15,393 bases of DNA. Origin: an archaeon. Lineage in GTDB: Archaea; Iainarchaeota; Iainarchaeia; Iainarchaeales; 1-14-0-10-31-34. The notes beneath the pieces were generated by a model. The model had not been told where the DNA came from, did not search any database, and worked only from the letters and a program-made list of their open reading frames with translations. The stretch's first letter is position 1. Each line of letters starts with the position of its first letter. This document shows positions 14,770 to 15,393 of this stretch, piece by piece. Made by a program: the position numbers and the translations under genes. The stretch covers positions 1-15,393 of the forward strand of contig JBDRFE010000030.1 of the NCBI GenBank assembly GCA_043819075.1. The letters run 5' to 3'.

Positions 14770-14931
14770 CCCGCCTTTGCATAGTAGTAGTGCGCTCGGC
14801 TGTAGTTTTTTGCAAACACTGAAAAAGGTGTTAGGAGTGACAGCTGTACTGAGCAAAGCGAAGTACTGCGTTGTTGCGTCCGATCGAAATCGGACACCGA
14901 GAGGTCCCCGGTGCAAATCCGGGAGGCGGGA
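14770..14931 (+). tRNA. tRNA-Tyr (GTA) with a 90-nt intron at 37/38 (14806-14895)
   Basis: Acceptor CCCGCCT/AGGCGGG (C1-G72, A73), anticodon stem CTCGG/CCGAG, loop CTGTAG|A, T arm CCCGG-TGCAAAT-CCGGG. Confidence 0.92.
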
Positions 14932-14953
14932 TTATACCGACTGTAATGAGTTA

Positions 14954-15393
14954 GTGGTTAGCGGTAAGCAGTACGACATATACTCTTCAGAAAAAAGGCT
15001 GTCTTCTGCGCTAACCAGTCTCTCAACTTCTTCAATTTTAGATTCAAACAAAGAATTGATTGTAAAATTCATTCATTCAATGAAAGCTCAAGGAATCAAA
15101 GCAATACGATTAAAAAAATCTGTTTATATGCTCCGTGACTTAGCCTTAATCCTCAATAAGCCATTTGATTCAGCAGACAAACAAGACATTGAATCTCTTT
15201 TATGTGAATTGGAGTCAAGGAATTATTCTGCCTGGACTAAATCTGATTACAAGATTATTCTAAAAAGGTTCTATAAATGGCTTTTAGGTGAAGATGAAGT
15301 TTATCCTCGTATCATTAGTTGGATTAAGAATAAAGAGCCAAAAAATGGGATTTTGCCTGAAGAACTGATTACGGAGCAAGAGGTAATTCAATT
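14954..15393 (+). CDS. Tyrosine recombinase/integrase, N-terminal part (runs off the window)
   Basis: Hand translation from GTG 14954: ...YDIYSSEKRL...NKELIVKF...KPFDSADKQDIE...YSAWTKSDYKIILKRFYKWL...YP...SWIK...LPEELITEQEV, typical of the core-binding domain of archaeal tRNA-adjacent integrases. The catalytic residues are outside the window. Confidence 0.82.
   Translation, partial: MVSGKQYDIYSSEKRLSSALTSLSTSSILDSNKELIVKFIHSMKAQGIKAIRLKKSVYMLRDLALILNKPFDSADKQDIESLLCELESRNYSAWTKSDYKIILKRFYKWLLGEDEVYPRIISWIKNKEPKNGILPEELITEQEVIQ

Overview
AT-rich archaeal chromosomal window. Evidence for archaea: TATA boxes, GGAGGT/GGTGA ribosome-binding sites, BHB-type tRNA introns, CCA-less tRNAs and a class III signal peptide. 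A DPANN-like host is my inference only. Contents: a ParB/SerK-like gene plus trpB2, a divergent rpiA-like gene, four tRNAs (Met, Glu, and intron-containing Thr and Tyr), a free-standing LAGLIDADG gene overlapping tRNA-Glu, a Cys-rich pilin-like protein, a DUF5320/DUF134/thioredoxin-DsbD-like operon, a three-gene islet delimited by copies of the tRNA-Thr 3' end, several housekeeping or hypothetical genes, and the 5' part of a tyrosine integrase after tRNA-Tyr. Top candidate for a new system: on the minus strand three CTT-TGG-C (Leu-Trp) sites at 2077, 1989 and 1550 are chained in frame. Successive +1 ribosomal frameshifts at Trp codons would carry a ribosome from a 10-codon leader ORF into a putative serine kinase and then into TrpB2. 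The last site copies the prfB frameshift architecture, so this looks like a tryptophan-sensing frameshift cascade controlling Trp synthesis. Other leads: a structured RNA module shared by the tRNA-Thr intron and the tRNA-Glu trailer, a tRNA-anchored cassette-like array, and an apparently circularly permuted C25 (gingipain-like) peptidase. All calls were made by eye; no searches were run.
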